IMG/VR virus record: IMGVR_UViG_3300020152_000001
Coordinates: 44,766 to 108,765 of that record
Source: a virus
Taxonomy: Duplodnaviria > Heunggongvirae > Uroviricota > Caudoviricetes
Reading direction: 5' to 3' (one strand)
DNA length: 64,000 nt
The position numbers were made by a program, and so were the translations under genes. Each line of letters starts with the position of its first letter. Position 1 is the first letter of the stretch. Positions 8,533-16,729 of this stretch are shown here, one piece after another. The notes below the pieces were generated by a model that made no database searches, was not told the origin of the DNA, and was given only the letters and a program-made list of their open reading frames with translations.

Positions 8533-9062
8533 GGGCGGGCTCCATTAGGCCAATGCCACGGCTCCGGCCGCAGCGACTTCGAGAGGTAGAGAGGGTGACG
8601 AGGCCAGCCGTCTTTTGTCAGAGCCAGCGCCTGGGGCTGCTTGCCGGCGCTGCGGAAGATCGCGTCGACATCGGCGACGCGCTGAAACCAGTCGCCGCGT
8701 ATGTGTCCCTGCACGGCGCCGAAACCGAAGATCACGGTGTCGGCCCAAATGGCGGCGGCTTCGAGCGCGGCGTCGGAGACCGGGGTGTTGAGGATGCCGC
8801 TGCGGAGTTCTTTTGGGTCGGTGGCCCGGACGCTGAAAAGATTCACAACGCCCATGAATTCAGCGTCGAGTGCGTCTGCAAACCCAACGCACCTGCGAAT
8901 TGTGGGGTCGTCGAGATCAGCGTCAGCGGTGCTGGGATTGAGCATGACGAAGAGGACGTTGTGACCCAACGCCGTCCCCGCACGGGGACCACGACGCAGC
9001 CAATATCGATGCGTCTCGGTACTGAGGCAGCGCAGACGACGCAGGTCGTCGGCTACGATCAT
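8529..9062 (-). CDS. DUF1643-family protein
   Basis: LFVMLNPSTADADLDDPTIRRCVGFA matches the DUF1643 signature (MLNPS). Start at ATG MIVADD (9062). Confidence 0.6.
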   Translation of the reverse strand: MIVADDLRRLRCLSTETHRYWLRRGPRAGTALGHNVLFVMLNPSTADADLDDPTIRRCVGFADALDAEFMGVVNLFSVRATDPKELRSGILNTPVSDAALEAAAIWADTVIFGFGAVQGHIRGDWFQRVADVDAIFRSAGKQPQALALTKDGWPRHPLYLSKSLRPEPWHWPNGARP

Positions 9063-9113
9063 CGCCCGGGTTTCAAGTGGAAACTGAGGCGACGGTTCTG
9101 GGTGGCACATAGA

Positions 9114-9341
9114 CTAGATCACAACTCGCAGCAGGCCTTCGGGCACAGCGGCCGGAAGGAATTCTTCTTCGATGTAGTCGAGCAGGAAGATTTCGCGGTC
9201 GCTGCCGATGAGCGGCAGCTGTACGGAATCCACCTTGTAGTAGCGGCTGCGTTTGAGCCCGTAGCTCAGAGCCGCTTCCCGCTGTCTGTCCTCATCGTCG
9301 ACTACGGTGACGAGGACTCCGGGAGCAAAATCAGGCGGCAT
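9114..9341 (-). CDS. hypothetical small protein
   Basis: Start moved to MPPDFAPG. The N-terminal part of the track ORF is Ser/Thr low complexity. Confidence 0.3.
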   Translation of the reverse strand: MPPDFAPGVLVTVVDDEDRQREAALSYGLKRSRYYKVDSVQLPLIGSDREIFLLDYIEEEFLPAAVPEGLLRVVI

Positions 9342-9771
9342 CGACGATGCGGCTGAATTCGACCTCATCGTCGATGAGGTCGGTGTTTCTCCAATCTGGG
9401 TCGGCGAACATCTCGTCGTAGAATTGAAGCACGCGATCGTCTTCGTTGTCGGCGAGATCACACCAACGCAGGACGCCGTTGCCGCCGACAGCGTCTTCGG
9501 CGAAGACGCCGGTTGTGGTCTCACGCAGCTTGTCGAACGCCACGAGCAGCCGCCGCTTAGAGCGGAGTTCGCCCTCGTAAAGCGCCGCGTTGAACGCCGA
9601 ATTCCCGGCGAGGAAGATGTTGATGATGACGCTGACGACCAGAAGGCCGATGACTAGGCTAAGCAACGAGCTTCCTTTCAAGTCTGGCGGCGGCGCGAAG
9701 ATCGAGAACTCGGCGCATGCGTTCGATTCCGTTCTTGCGAACTTCGTTTTCGTCCCACTTCCTGACGCCAC
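9331..9771 (-). CDS. hypothetical membrane protein (1 TM)
   Basis: TM segment SSLLSLVIGLLVVSVIINIFLAG. Start uncertain. Confidence 0.35.
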   Translation of the reverse strand: MASGSGTKTKFARTESNACAEFSIFAPPPDLKGSSLLSLVIGLLVVSVIINIFLAGNSAFNAALYEGELRSKRRLLVAFDKLRETTTGVFAEDAVGGNGVLRWCDLADNEDDRVLQFYDEMFADPDWRNTDLIDDEVEFSRIVDAA

Positions 9772-9958
9772 TCAGGCGTTCTCGAAGCGTGTGGATGTCT
9801 CGATGCGCAGTGCGGACGCCTTTGATGTCGGCGTCGATGCAGCGCATGATTTCGTCGTCACTGACGTGCGACCACGCAGCCAGCAGAGCTTCATCAGCCG
9901 TGGCGTGGCCATCGATGATGCCCTTTGGGGCCAAGGCTGAGGGGACTCGCGCTCTCAT
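9659..9958 (-). CDS. hypothetical protein
   Basis: 99-aa ORF in operon. Confidence 0.35.
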   Translation of the reverse strand: MRARVPSALAPKGIIDGHATADEALLAAWSHVSDDEIMRCIDADIKGVRTAHRDIHTLRERLSGVRKWDENEVRKNGIERMRRVLDLRAAARLERKLVA

Positions 9959-10155
9959 TTCTTCTTCTTCACCGGGGCAGCGCGGTCGACGGCGTGACTC
10001 AGCAGCGCCAACGACTTCGCGAGATCACGAGCGGCACCGGCGGCTTCCTGGGCGGCGATAACGAGAGCACGAGGACCTCCGACGTGCGCCTGCATGTCGA
10101 GGGTATCGGCTAGAGCCAAAGCGTTCTGGGCTTCCTTCTTGAGGTCAAACGCCAT
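9955..10155 (-). CDS. hypothetical small protein
   Basis: ATGA overlap at 9955-9958. Confidence 0.35.
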   Translation of the reverse strand: MAFDLKKEAQNALALADTLDMQAHVGGPRALVIAAQEAAGAARDLAKSLALLSHAVDRAAPVKKKK

Positions 10156-10364
10156 CAGCGGCCTCCGTCCAGAAAGCCTTCATCCCAGGAGAAGGCCTCA
10201 GTGGTGCCGGCGTCGAAGGGGTTGTCTTCCATGTCCAACCCCGCGCGTGCGTCCGCCTGCCCTTTCTTGAAGGACAGCTGATCGATGATGCGATCGGCCC
10301 GGCGTTCGCTGTCTTCGTCCAACCAATCGTCGTCGAAATCGGAATTGAAGCTGTCTAGGCTCAT
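10155..10364 (-). CDS. small highly acidic protein (69 aa)
   Basis: ATG at 10364 overlaps the helicase TGA (ATGA). About 30% Asp/Glu (DFDDDWLDEDSE...). Confidence 0.4.
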   Translation of the reverse strand: MSLDSFNSDFDDDWLDEDSERRADRIIDQLSFKKGQADARAGLDMEDNPFDAGTTEAFSWDEGFLDGGR

Positions 10365-11887
10365 GCGGCGCGGCTCCGGGGTTCGTCGAGCTTCGGCGGC
10401 GCCGAAACTTCGATGAGTTCGGCCTTGGCGCGGGTCGCGGCCACGTACATGAGATTGATCTCCTGTCCGAGCTGCCATTGCTGGCGAGCGAACGGCGACG
10501 GCTGCCACGCGTCGCGGCCTAGCCAGAACACACGCTCCCACTCCCGCCCCTTCGAACGATGGATGGTTGCAAGCGTGAGCATGCCTTGAGCGGCAACGTC
10601 GTCGCCGAAGAGCTTCTCGATACGGTCGGCGAGAACTTCGATGTTCTCTCGGCCGTCGAAGGCCGAAGCGATTTCGAGCAAGCACTCGACTTGGTCTTCG
10701 AGGGCCTCGGTGTTGGCGTCGGGGTTTTTCGCCTTGGCCTTGGCGATTTCGCGGTCGCGCCACTCGACGACCTTGTCCGTCAGCGCGCCAACGGTCTTGA
10801 TGCGGTTCCACTTGCGGACGAGCTTGATGAGGCCCTGGCCGATGGCCTTGCCCTCGACCTTGCACGGAACGCCGTTGCGGATCAGCTTGTAAGCTAAGCT
10901 GACAAGCGGAGAGGTTTTGCGACACAGAATTGCGTCGGTGGGCAAGAAAGTTTGCTCAAGCATCTCGTCGTAGGAAATGGCCTCATACCGGCCCTCCGGG
11001 GCCGTATCTGCGGCGACGATATGCGACACCCACTGCTGGGCCACGGCGACAACGGCCTTCGGGCAGCGATAGGTAACCGTCAGCGGGAGTTCGACGGCGT
11101 TGAAGTCGCGCTTGATGCGCTCCAGCGAGTCGGCGTCGGCGCCAGTGAAGCCATAGATGGCTTGGGCGGGGTCGCCAACGGCGACGAAGCGGCCACCCGG
11201 AGCCACCATCTTCTTCACGAGCGCGCGGCGGGTCTCGTTGGTGTCTTGCGCTTCGTCGAGCAGGACGAAGTCGAATTGCAGCGGCTCCAGATTGAGCAAC
11301 AGCGGCAGGTAGCACATGTCGTCGAAGTCGATGACTTCGATGTTCGCATTCGAACGGGCCAGCGCCATGCGGGCGAAGCGGATGGCTTCGCGCTCAGCGT
11401 CGACGCCGCGACGAAACTCTTCCGGCAGCGCGAGAACGAGGTCGTGATGGTTGAAGATCGTGGACCACGACTCAAAGTCGTCGGCCGCGAGGACGCCGAT
11501 GCCGGCGTTCTTGCCGTGCGACACCAGACGGATGACCACGTCTTCATACCACTTCGGCACGCCCATGACGCGGACGATGTCGCGGACCTTGTTGCCCTCG
11601 ACCTTGATGTTCTTGTTGGCGCGGCGCAGGGCGCCGAAGCCGAACGAGTGAACGGTGCCGGCCTGAGCCGGGAGATTGAGATTGCGGAGCTTGGCGTCGA
11701 TCTCGACGGCGATGGGCTTGTTGTAGGCCACGATCGCGGCAGTCAGGCCAGCGGCCAGGACCTTGATCATTTCCAGCAGGGTCGTGGTTTTGCCAGCGCC
11801 CGCGACGGCGATGAGCACGGCGTTGCCGGTGCCCGTGCGGACCCACTCGATGGCGGTGGTCTGCTGGAGAGAAAGTTTCAGTGCCAC
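10361..11887 (-). CDS. UvrD/PcrA-like superfamily 1 DNA helicase
   Basis: AGAGKTTTL (Walker A), VLLDEAQD, TYRC, TIHRSKGREWE, MYVAATRAK. GTG start. Confidence 0.85.
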   Translation of the reverse strand: MALKLSLQQTTAIEWVRTGTGNAVLIAVAGAGKTTTLLEMIKVLAAGLTAAIVAYNKPIAVEIDAKLRNLNLPAQAGTVHSFGFGALRRANKNIKVEGNKVRDIVRVMGVPKWYEDVVIRLVSHGKNAGIGVLAADDFESWSTIFNHHDLVLALPEEFRRGVDAEREAIRFARMALARSNANIEVIDFDDMCYLPLLLNLEPLQFDFVLLDEAQDTNETRRALVKKMVAPGGRFVAVGDPAQAIYGFTGADADSLERIKRDFNAVELPLTVTYRCPKAVVAVAQQWVSHIVAADTAPEGRYEAISYDEMLEQTFLPTDAILCRKTSPLVSLAYKLIRNGVPCKVEGKAIGQGLIKLVRKWNRIKTVGALTDKVVEWRDREIAKAKAKNPDANTEALEDQVECLLEIASAFDGRENIEVLADRIEKLFGDDVAAQGMLTLATIHRSKGREWERVFWLGRDAWQPSPFARQQWQLGQEINLMYVAATRAKAELIEVSAPPKLDEPRSRAA

Positions 11888-11967
11888 AGTTCCCGTAGCT
11901 CCCGTTGTCTGCCCAGGGTGTTCCCTGTAACTGATGCTGACAAGCGTAAGCGAGACTTACGTCAAAG

Positions 11968-12912
11968 TCAACGGGAAAGTGTAGCTAACGCCGCCTTCTC
12001 GCGGACAATGCCGGACCCTATCCAGTTAACTATGGTCGGGGAGAACGTGTTTCCGAGCATGTGCTGACGGTCTCGTTCGCTGAAACCCGGCAGCGCCGTG
12101 TAATCGTCTGGTAGGCCGAAAGCCCGCTCCATCTCTAAGGCAGAGAGAAGCCGCAGGCTGCCTCCACTTCCCTGATTATCTCCGTCAAGTCGAAGGACGG
12201 CGTGGCGCTTTGCGTGCTCGTGGAGTAGCGGATGGACCGTTTCTGCGCGTCCAACAGGCTTTTTCGATCCAAGCCACAACGACGCACTAGCTCCCGGACG
12301 AAGGTCGCCGTCAGCGGCGAGCCTTCGTGCAATTTCTTTCTCACGATCCGATACACGACCCCTGCCGCCGCGTCCTTCGATATCGAGAACTCGACAAGGT
12401 CCTTCGGCTCCGAGAGTATGTCCGACAAGAAAGAGTCTTTCTCGCCGTAGAGGGAGTCCGAATTGGAAAGTGTCGAGCAGACGCCATGCGACATGAAACC
12501 CGCTTTGGCTTGCCCTTTCCAGCAGGCGCGGGAAAAACCTTCCTCGGTCAGCTGAAAGAGCTTCGGGAACGTTTTCCCAGATGACCCATTCGCTGCCGAT
12601 CTTTTTGGCGAGGTCGAAGAACTCATACGCTAGTTGTCCTCTGGGGTCAGTGTCGGCGCCGCCCTCACCCATCAGCGAAAACGATTGGCAAGGCGTGCCA
12701 CCGATCAGCAAATCCACATGGCCGGCAAAGCAATCGTAGTCGCATTGCGTGAAGTCGCCGACGTTGATGATGGACGGAAACTTGGCCTTTAGAAACGCGG
12801 ACGGAGTCTCCGCAATCTCTGCGAACGCAAGCGGCCGAAAACCAAGCGGAGACAACGCCGGGTGCGCGGCTTCGATATTCGAGCAGACGCTGATGTACGT
12901 GAAGTCGCTCAT
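11968..12912 (-). CDS. DNA (cytosine-5)-methyltransferase
   Basis: Motif IV GGTPCQSFS, motif VI ENV, motif VIII QFGLPLRRERLFLVG, motif X GNTFS. Confidence 0.85.
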   Translation of the reverse strand: MSDFTYISVCSNIEAAHPALSPLGFRPLAFAEIAETPSAFLKAKFPSIINVGDFTQCDYDCFAGHVDLLIGGTPCQSFSLMGEGGADTDPRGQLAYEFFDLAKKIGSEWVIWENVPEALSADRGRFFPRLLERASQSGFHVAWRLLDTFQFGLPLRRERLFLVGHTLGAEGPCRVLDIEGRGGRGRVSDREKEIARRLAADGDLRPGASASLWLGSKKPVGRAETVHPLLHEHAKRHAVLRLDGDNQGSGGSLRLLSALEMERAFGLPDDYTALPGFSERDRQHMLGNTFSPTIVNWIGSGIVREKAALATLSR

Positions 12913-13361
12913 GCGATGACGATTTGCAGCCTTTTGCCGAGCGTCACGGTTCCGCGATCTAGAGCGTCCTGCATCGCCGTGGCGGCGGCGTCGTTATTGA
13001 CGCCGGCATGCTCCATCAGCTTCGCGAGATCGAGCGCGCTGATGCCGTCCGGGCCCGCGCCTCGCACCATGCCGAGCAGCAGCTCGTCGACGGTGTAGGG
13101 CACCGGGCGATCGGCACCGGCTTCCCCTTCCCCGCCGACAGTCAGGAACGACGGAGGCATCGTGCGGCCGACGACCCACAGGAAGAGAGGCATGCCCTCG
13201 ATGAGACGCATGCGTTCTTCCGTCGTCGGGAGCCAGCAGGTGATGACGTAAGGCGGCCTGATTTCCGCGCGCACAGTGGCGCAGGGGCCGTGCTGTTGCT
13301 CGTCCCAGTCTTCAGGAGCGTGGAGGCTGATGTTGGAGCCGGTGAAGTCAACTGGTTGCAA
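12909..13361 (-). CDS. hypothetical protein
   Basis: ATGA coupling with the methyltransferase gene. Confidence 0.45.
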   Translation of the reverse strand: MQPVDFTGSNISLHAPEDWDEQQHGPCATVRAEIRPPYVITCWLPTTEERMRLIEGMPLFLWVVGRTMPPSFLTVGGEGEAGADRPVPYTVDELLLGMVRGAGPDGISALDLAKLMEHAGVNNDAAATAMQDALDRGTVTLGKRLQIVIA

Positions 13362-13608
13362 GTGCGGCTTCCTTTTTCTTCTGGCGCATGGCCCGACGAC
13401 AGGCGGCGCGCCAGACGCGCTCGCGGCCTTCAGGAGTAGTTGCCGACATCACGCCGTCGATACGAAGCTTGCTGCACGCCTCCTCGACAGTGACGCCGTA
13501 GTGCCGCAACCACTTGGCCTGATACGCAGGCGCGGGTCCGGTGTCTGGCATCACATAGTAGCCGTGCCCGGCGAGAAACTTGGCGTTGCTGGTGTCGAGC
13601 TGCATCAT
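13348..13608 (-). CDS. hypothetical protein
   Basis: 86-aa ORF in operon. Confidence 0.4.
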   Translation of the reverse strand: MMQLDTSNAKFLAGHGYYVMPDTGPAPAYQAKWLRHYGVTVEEACSKLRIDGVMSATTPEGRERVWRAACRRAMRQKKKEAALATS

Positions 13609-14303
13609 TCCATTCCTTGTTCCATGAGGTCATCCATGAACGCGCGAGACTTCCAGGGTTCGCGTATCGTCTTCCAGTCGCGTTTCTTGATGCGAGAAGC
13701 GACCAATCGCTTGATCACGGGCAACGTCTGTGACTCGACGAGTGCATCGATGCAGCGCTGCCGATTCCACGACGCTTTCACTTTGATGCGGGCTTCCTTA
13801 CAGGCATCTCGCAGCTCCACAGCCCACAGGAGATTGCCGAGAGACTCGGGCGACAGCAGCGGCGACTTCGGTGCGTGCTTGCGGATGTTGAGATTGCCGG
13901 TGTCTTCGTTGAGTTCGACTAGGCCCCACCAATCAGGGAGAGCCTTCCACCACTTGGAGAGGCCGGTGCGTTCGCGGAGGAAGTTAGGTGACGGCAGCAG
14001 GTGGACTTCGGTGCAGACCGTCGAGTAGAGAGTGCCCTGGGCGACGAGGCGGTCGGGCTTGTCCCCGTCGCCCTTGATTTCGATGCCGTGGATGTCTGTG
14101 TCGGTGAAAACTGCCAAGTCGATGCGAGCGGCGCCGGCGGTGCCGCAGACGAACTCTTCAATGATGACAGAGTCCGGGTAGCGCTTCCGCAGCCACGGAA
14201 TCGCGGACTTGGCGAGAAAAGCGGCCGTGTAGCCGGCGTCGGGGGCCGTCACACCAACCAAGTGTCGACTTCCCAACCATCCGGCGTCTTTTTGAGACAC
14301 CAC
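13605..14303 (-). CDS. PD-(D/E)xK nuclease-like protein (sce7726/MmcB-like)
   Basis: IDLAVFTDTDIHGIEIKGDGD fits the D...E-x-K catalytic core. The 5' end overlaps the neighbour by about 55 nt, so the true start may be an internal GTG. Confidence 0.5.
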   Translation of the reverse strand: MVSQKDAGWLGSRHLVGVTAPDAGYTAAFLAKSAIPWLRKRYPDSVIIEEFVCGTAGAARIDLAVFTDTDIHGIEIKGDGDKPDRLVAQGTLYSTVCTEVHLLPSPNFLRERTGLSKWWKALPDWWGLVELNEDTGNLNIRKHAPKSPLLSPESLGNLLWAVELRDACKEARIKVKASWNRQRCIDALVESQTLPVIKRLVASRIKKRDWKTIREPWKSRAFMDDLMEQGME

Positions 14304-14689
14304 GATTGCCTGCCGTCGTGGTAGTTACGAGCGATCGGATACCAGACCCGCCCGTCTTTCAAACGGACTGGGCTATCAGAGACGGCGATTGCCCTGCTTT
14401 TGAGAGCTTCTTTGTTGAATGGAGGCGCGGTCTCGTCCGCCGGAAGCGCAGGAGACTCGTCGCTGAAGCGCGGCAGCGAGAATTCGAGATGGTTCGGTGA
14501 CATGCCCAGACGCACGGCGAAGTCTGGGGCTTCCCAGGCCCGTTCGTCGTCGGGACTGTTACTCAGGAGATCGTGCCACGCATCCCATTCAGCGCGCTTG
14601 CCGGCGGGGATGAGATACCGATGACCGGAGTCGTCACAGTCGATGAAGTATCGGCCTTCTTTCGGAAGGCCCGGGGAGATTTCAGCCAA
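14249..14689 (-). CDS. hypothetical protein
   Basis: 146-aa ORF. Confidence 0.45.
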   Translation of the reverse strand: MAEISPGLPKEGRYFIDCDDSGHRYLIPAGKRAEWDAWHDLLSNSPDDERAWEAPDFAVRLGMSPNHLEFSLPRFSDESPALPADETAPPFNKEALKSRAIAVSDSPVRLKDGRVWYPIARNYHDGRQSWCLKKTPDGWEVDTWLV

Positions 14690-15434
14690 CGTAGACCATC
14701 CCCGCCGCCCGCATGCGCTGCACGTGGGCTTCGATTTTGTCGCGCTCTGCGCTGTCAGTGACGACCTCGATTACGCCGTCTTCGAGAAGCGGCGACGTTT
14801 CGAGAAACGGAGACTCGGCCAAGGCCTTGTCGACGGCCTGTTTGAGCGTCATCTTGGATTCGACGCCGCGAACATGGTGGCCGGTACCGTCGCCGTTTTT
14901 GTGCCAGCGACGCTCGCGATTGATGAGCATCTTGCCGGCGACGAGATCAATCAGGGACTCGTTGTAGAAGCTCGTGATGGCCATGAGATCGACGAATAGA
15001 AGCGCGACCTGATAGGCGACCTCGCGGCTGTCGAGGAAAGAATAGGCGTGGATGGCCTTAGCCAACGTGAGGTTGGCGTTGGCGACGAGCTGGTCGATGG
15101 CTGGGCCGTTGTGTTGTCTCTCTCCTCGGATCGCGGCGTCGATACGAGCGGGAACGCTGCGGTCCTCGACTGAAAGGCTGGCGAGCACAGAGACGATGTC
15201 GAAGTTCTCGATTTCGAATACGCGGATGGCGACGATGGCAACGTCAGCCGCCTCTTCGACGATCACGTTCTTGTTGCCGGTGACGATTTCCTTCTGAAGC
15301 TCCGCGAGTTCGGTGTTGGCACGGCGAAGTGTCACCAGCGTCGTGGATTCTCCGAACGACTCCGTAGCCCATGCGGTGATGCTGCGCTGGAGTTCACGCC
15401 AGAACAGGTTCTCAGAATGTGTTTCGTTCGTCAT
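14682..15434 (-). CDS. MazG-like NTP pyrophosphohydrolase domain protein
   Basis: LRRANTELAELQKEI...EEAADVAIVAIRVFE resembles the MazG EExxD/E helix pair. Start at ATG MTNETHS (15434). Confidence 0.5.
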   Translation of the reverse strand: MTNETHSENLFWRELQRSITAWATESFGESTTLVTLRRANTELAELQKEIVTGNKNVIVEEAADVAIVAIRVFEIENFDIVSVLASLSVEDRSVPARIDAAIRGERQHNGPAIDQLVANANLTLAKAIHAYSFLDSREVAYQVALLFVDLMAITSFYNESLIDLVAGKMLINRERRWHKNGDGTGHHVRGVESKMTLKQAVDKALAESPFLETSPLLEDGVIEVVTDSAERDKIEAHVQRMRAAGMVYVG

Positions 15435-15843
15435 CGTATCCGGCTTTGCTGTCGATTTCACGGGGAAGCATGATGTCCTCGGCGAAGATGCGCCGGACTC
15501 CCGCACGGCGGGCTCGACGGCACATGTCCAAGGTGCCGGCGCCACCGTCGAAGACGAGCAAGACATCGGGCTTGAGATCGGCGATGGCTTGGTTGCGGAT
15601 GCGGCCGGCTTTGAGGTCGAACTTGTCCCACTCGGCTTCGAGTTCGATCAGGGTCTCACCCCAGACGAACCCGTGTTTGCGGGCCCAGTTGTCGACCAGG
15701 AGATCGGTGCCACGGGCTCCGCCGTGAGCGAGCTTGGTGATGGGACCGCCGTAGCCACGACGCCGATCGTGAACCGCATTCATGACGCGGTTCACGAAGG
15801 TCTGATTTTTCAGGAGGCGAGAGCCCGTAACCGCGAGAAACAT
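15412..15843 (-). CDS. SLOG/DprA-like Rossmann protein
   Basis: VTGSR...LAHGGARGTDL...LLVFDGGAGT resembles the DprA/SLOG GxARGxD signature. Confidence 0.45.
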   Translation of the reverse strand: MFLAVTGSRLLKNQTFVNRVMNAVHDRRRGYGGPITKLAHGGARGTDLLVDNWARKHGFVWGETLIELEAEWDKFDLKAGRIRNQAIADLKPDVLLVFDGGAGTLDMCRRARRAGVRRIFAEDIMLPREIDSKAGYDDERNTF

Positions 15844-15887
15844 TGTCAGTCTTGCTTACACTGTTGGCCGAGGTCTGTCAACGAGAA

Positions 15888-16325
15888 TTACTTCCGCTTG
15901 CGAAAAGTATCCAAGCGGATGACGGTACCGTCGTCGATCGGCGGCGGAGGTGGAGGCGGCAGCGCCGGGACCCTGACCTCCTGATAGATGGCGAAGCCCT
16001 TGGTCTTGTCGATAAACGTGGAGATCGCATCTAGCGGGACGTAGCAACGAAACTGCGCCCCGTTAAACCATAGGTCGACGCCAAAGCCGTTAGGCTCCAG
16101 TGTGAGGTTTCGGTATTGGTGTTGGAGGATCAGTACGACTTCGGGCCGTGCGTAGAGATGCCTGGGTAGGACGACGCCGGGGAATTCCGTCCGCACTGTC
16201 ACCTGAAAGGTGTGATCTTTGGTCAAGAGGTCACGACGCTGAGCCGCGTATCGCAGCAGCGTTGCTATCGAAAGACGACGCGCGTTATCGAGCGCGTTGT
16301 CATAGGGAATCATCTTCTCGGACAC
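15888..16325 (-). CDS. sspB: SspB-like ClpXP adaptor (stringent starvation protein B family)
   Basis: IPYD...HTFQVTVRTEFPGVVLP...VVLILQHQYRNLTLEPNGFGVDLWFNG...VPLDAISTFID aligns to alphaproteobacterial SspB. A basic C-terminal tail (IRLDTFRKRK) looks like a ClpX-binding motif. GTG start. Confidence 0.6.
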   Translation of the reverse strand: MSEKMIPYDNALDNARRLSIATLLRYAAQRRDLLTKDHTFQVTVRTEFPGVVLPRHLYARPEVVLILQHQYRNLTLEPNGFGVDLWFNGAQFRCYVPLDAISTFIDKTKGFAIYQEVRVPALPPPPPPPIDDGTVIRLDTFRKRK

Positions 16326-16696
16326 TACTTTTCGAAGCTCATGAATTGATCGGCGGGTATGATCACGTCGCAGATCGTTCGCTGGTTTTGAGGCTTGAAG
16401 ACGATGTCGATCACTGTCGCCGAACCGCCCAAGCCTCTCCTCACAAACTCACCCAACGCATGTTTCGTCGGACCTCTGCAAACCTCTGACCAGACTTCAG
16501 CGAAGGACTCATCGGTCGCATCCTTCGGTACGACCTTCTGCTTGCCGTCCTCAGAGGCGATGGCGAACCCCGTTGTCAGCATTGCAGCCGTCGCCACCAG
16601 CATATCCTCTCGTCTGATGCCGGCCGTTGTCCGCGCTTCAGCGGAAACACGACGATAGAGCACCAGCCCTTTTTGGAGGTGCGGCAGATAGCGCAT
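16325..16696 (-). CDS. hypothetical protein
   Basis: ATG start. ATGA coupling to the sspB-like gene. Confidence 0.45.
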   Translation of the reverse strand: MRYLPHLQKGLVLYRRVSAEARTTAGIRREDMLVATAAMLTTGFAIASEDGKQKVVPKDATDESFAEVWSEVCRGPTKHALGEFVRRGLGGSATVIDIVFKPQNQRTICDVIIPADQFMSFEK

Positions 16697-16729
16697 GGTC
16701 AGTTACGCTTGCATAGGTAAGCCACAATG

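Noticed and set aside
8553-9356. 267-aa plus-strand ORF
   Set aside because: Antisense to DUF1643 and neighbouring genes. Spurious.
10952-12067. 371-aa plus-strand ORF
   Set aside because: Antisense to the UvrD helicase and Dcm methyltransferase genes, which have strong motifs. Spurious.
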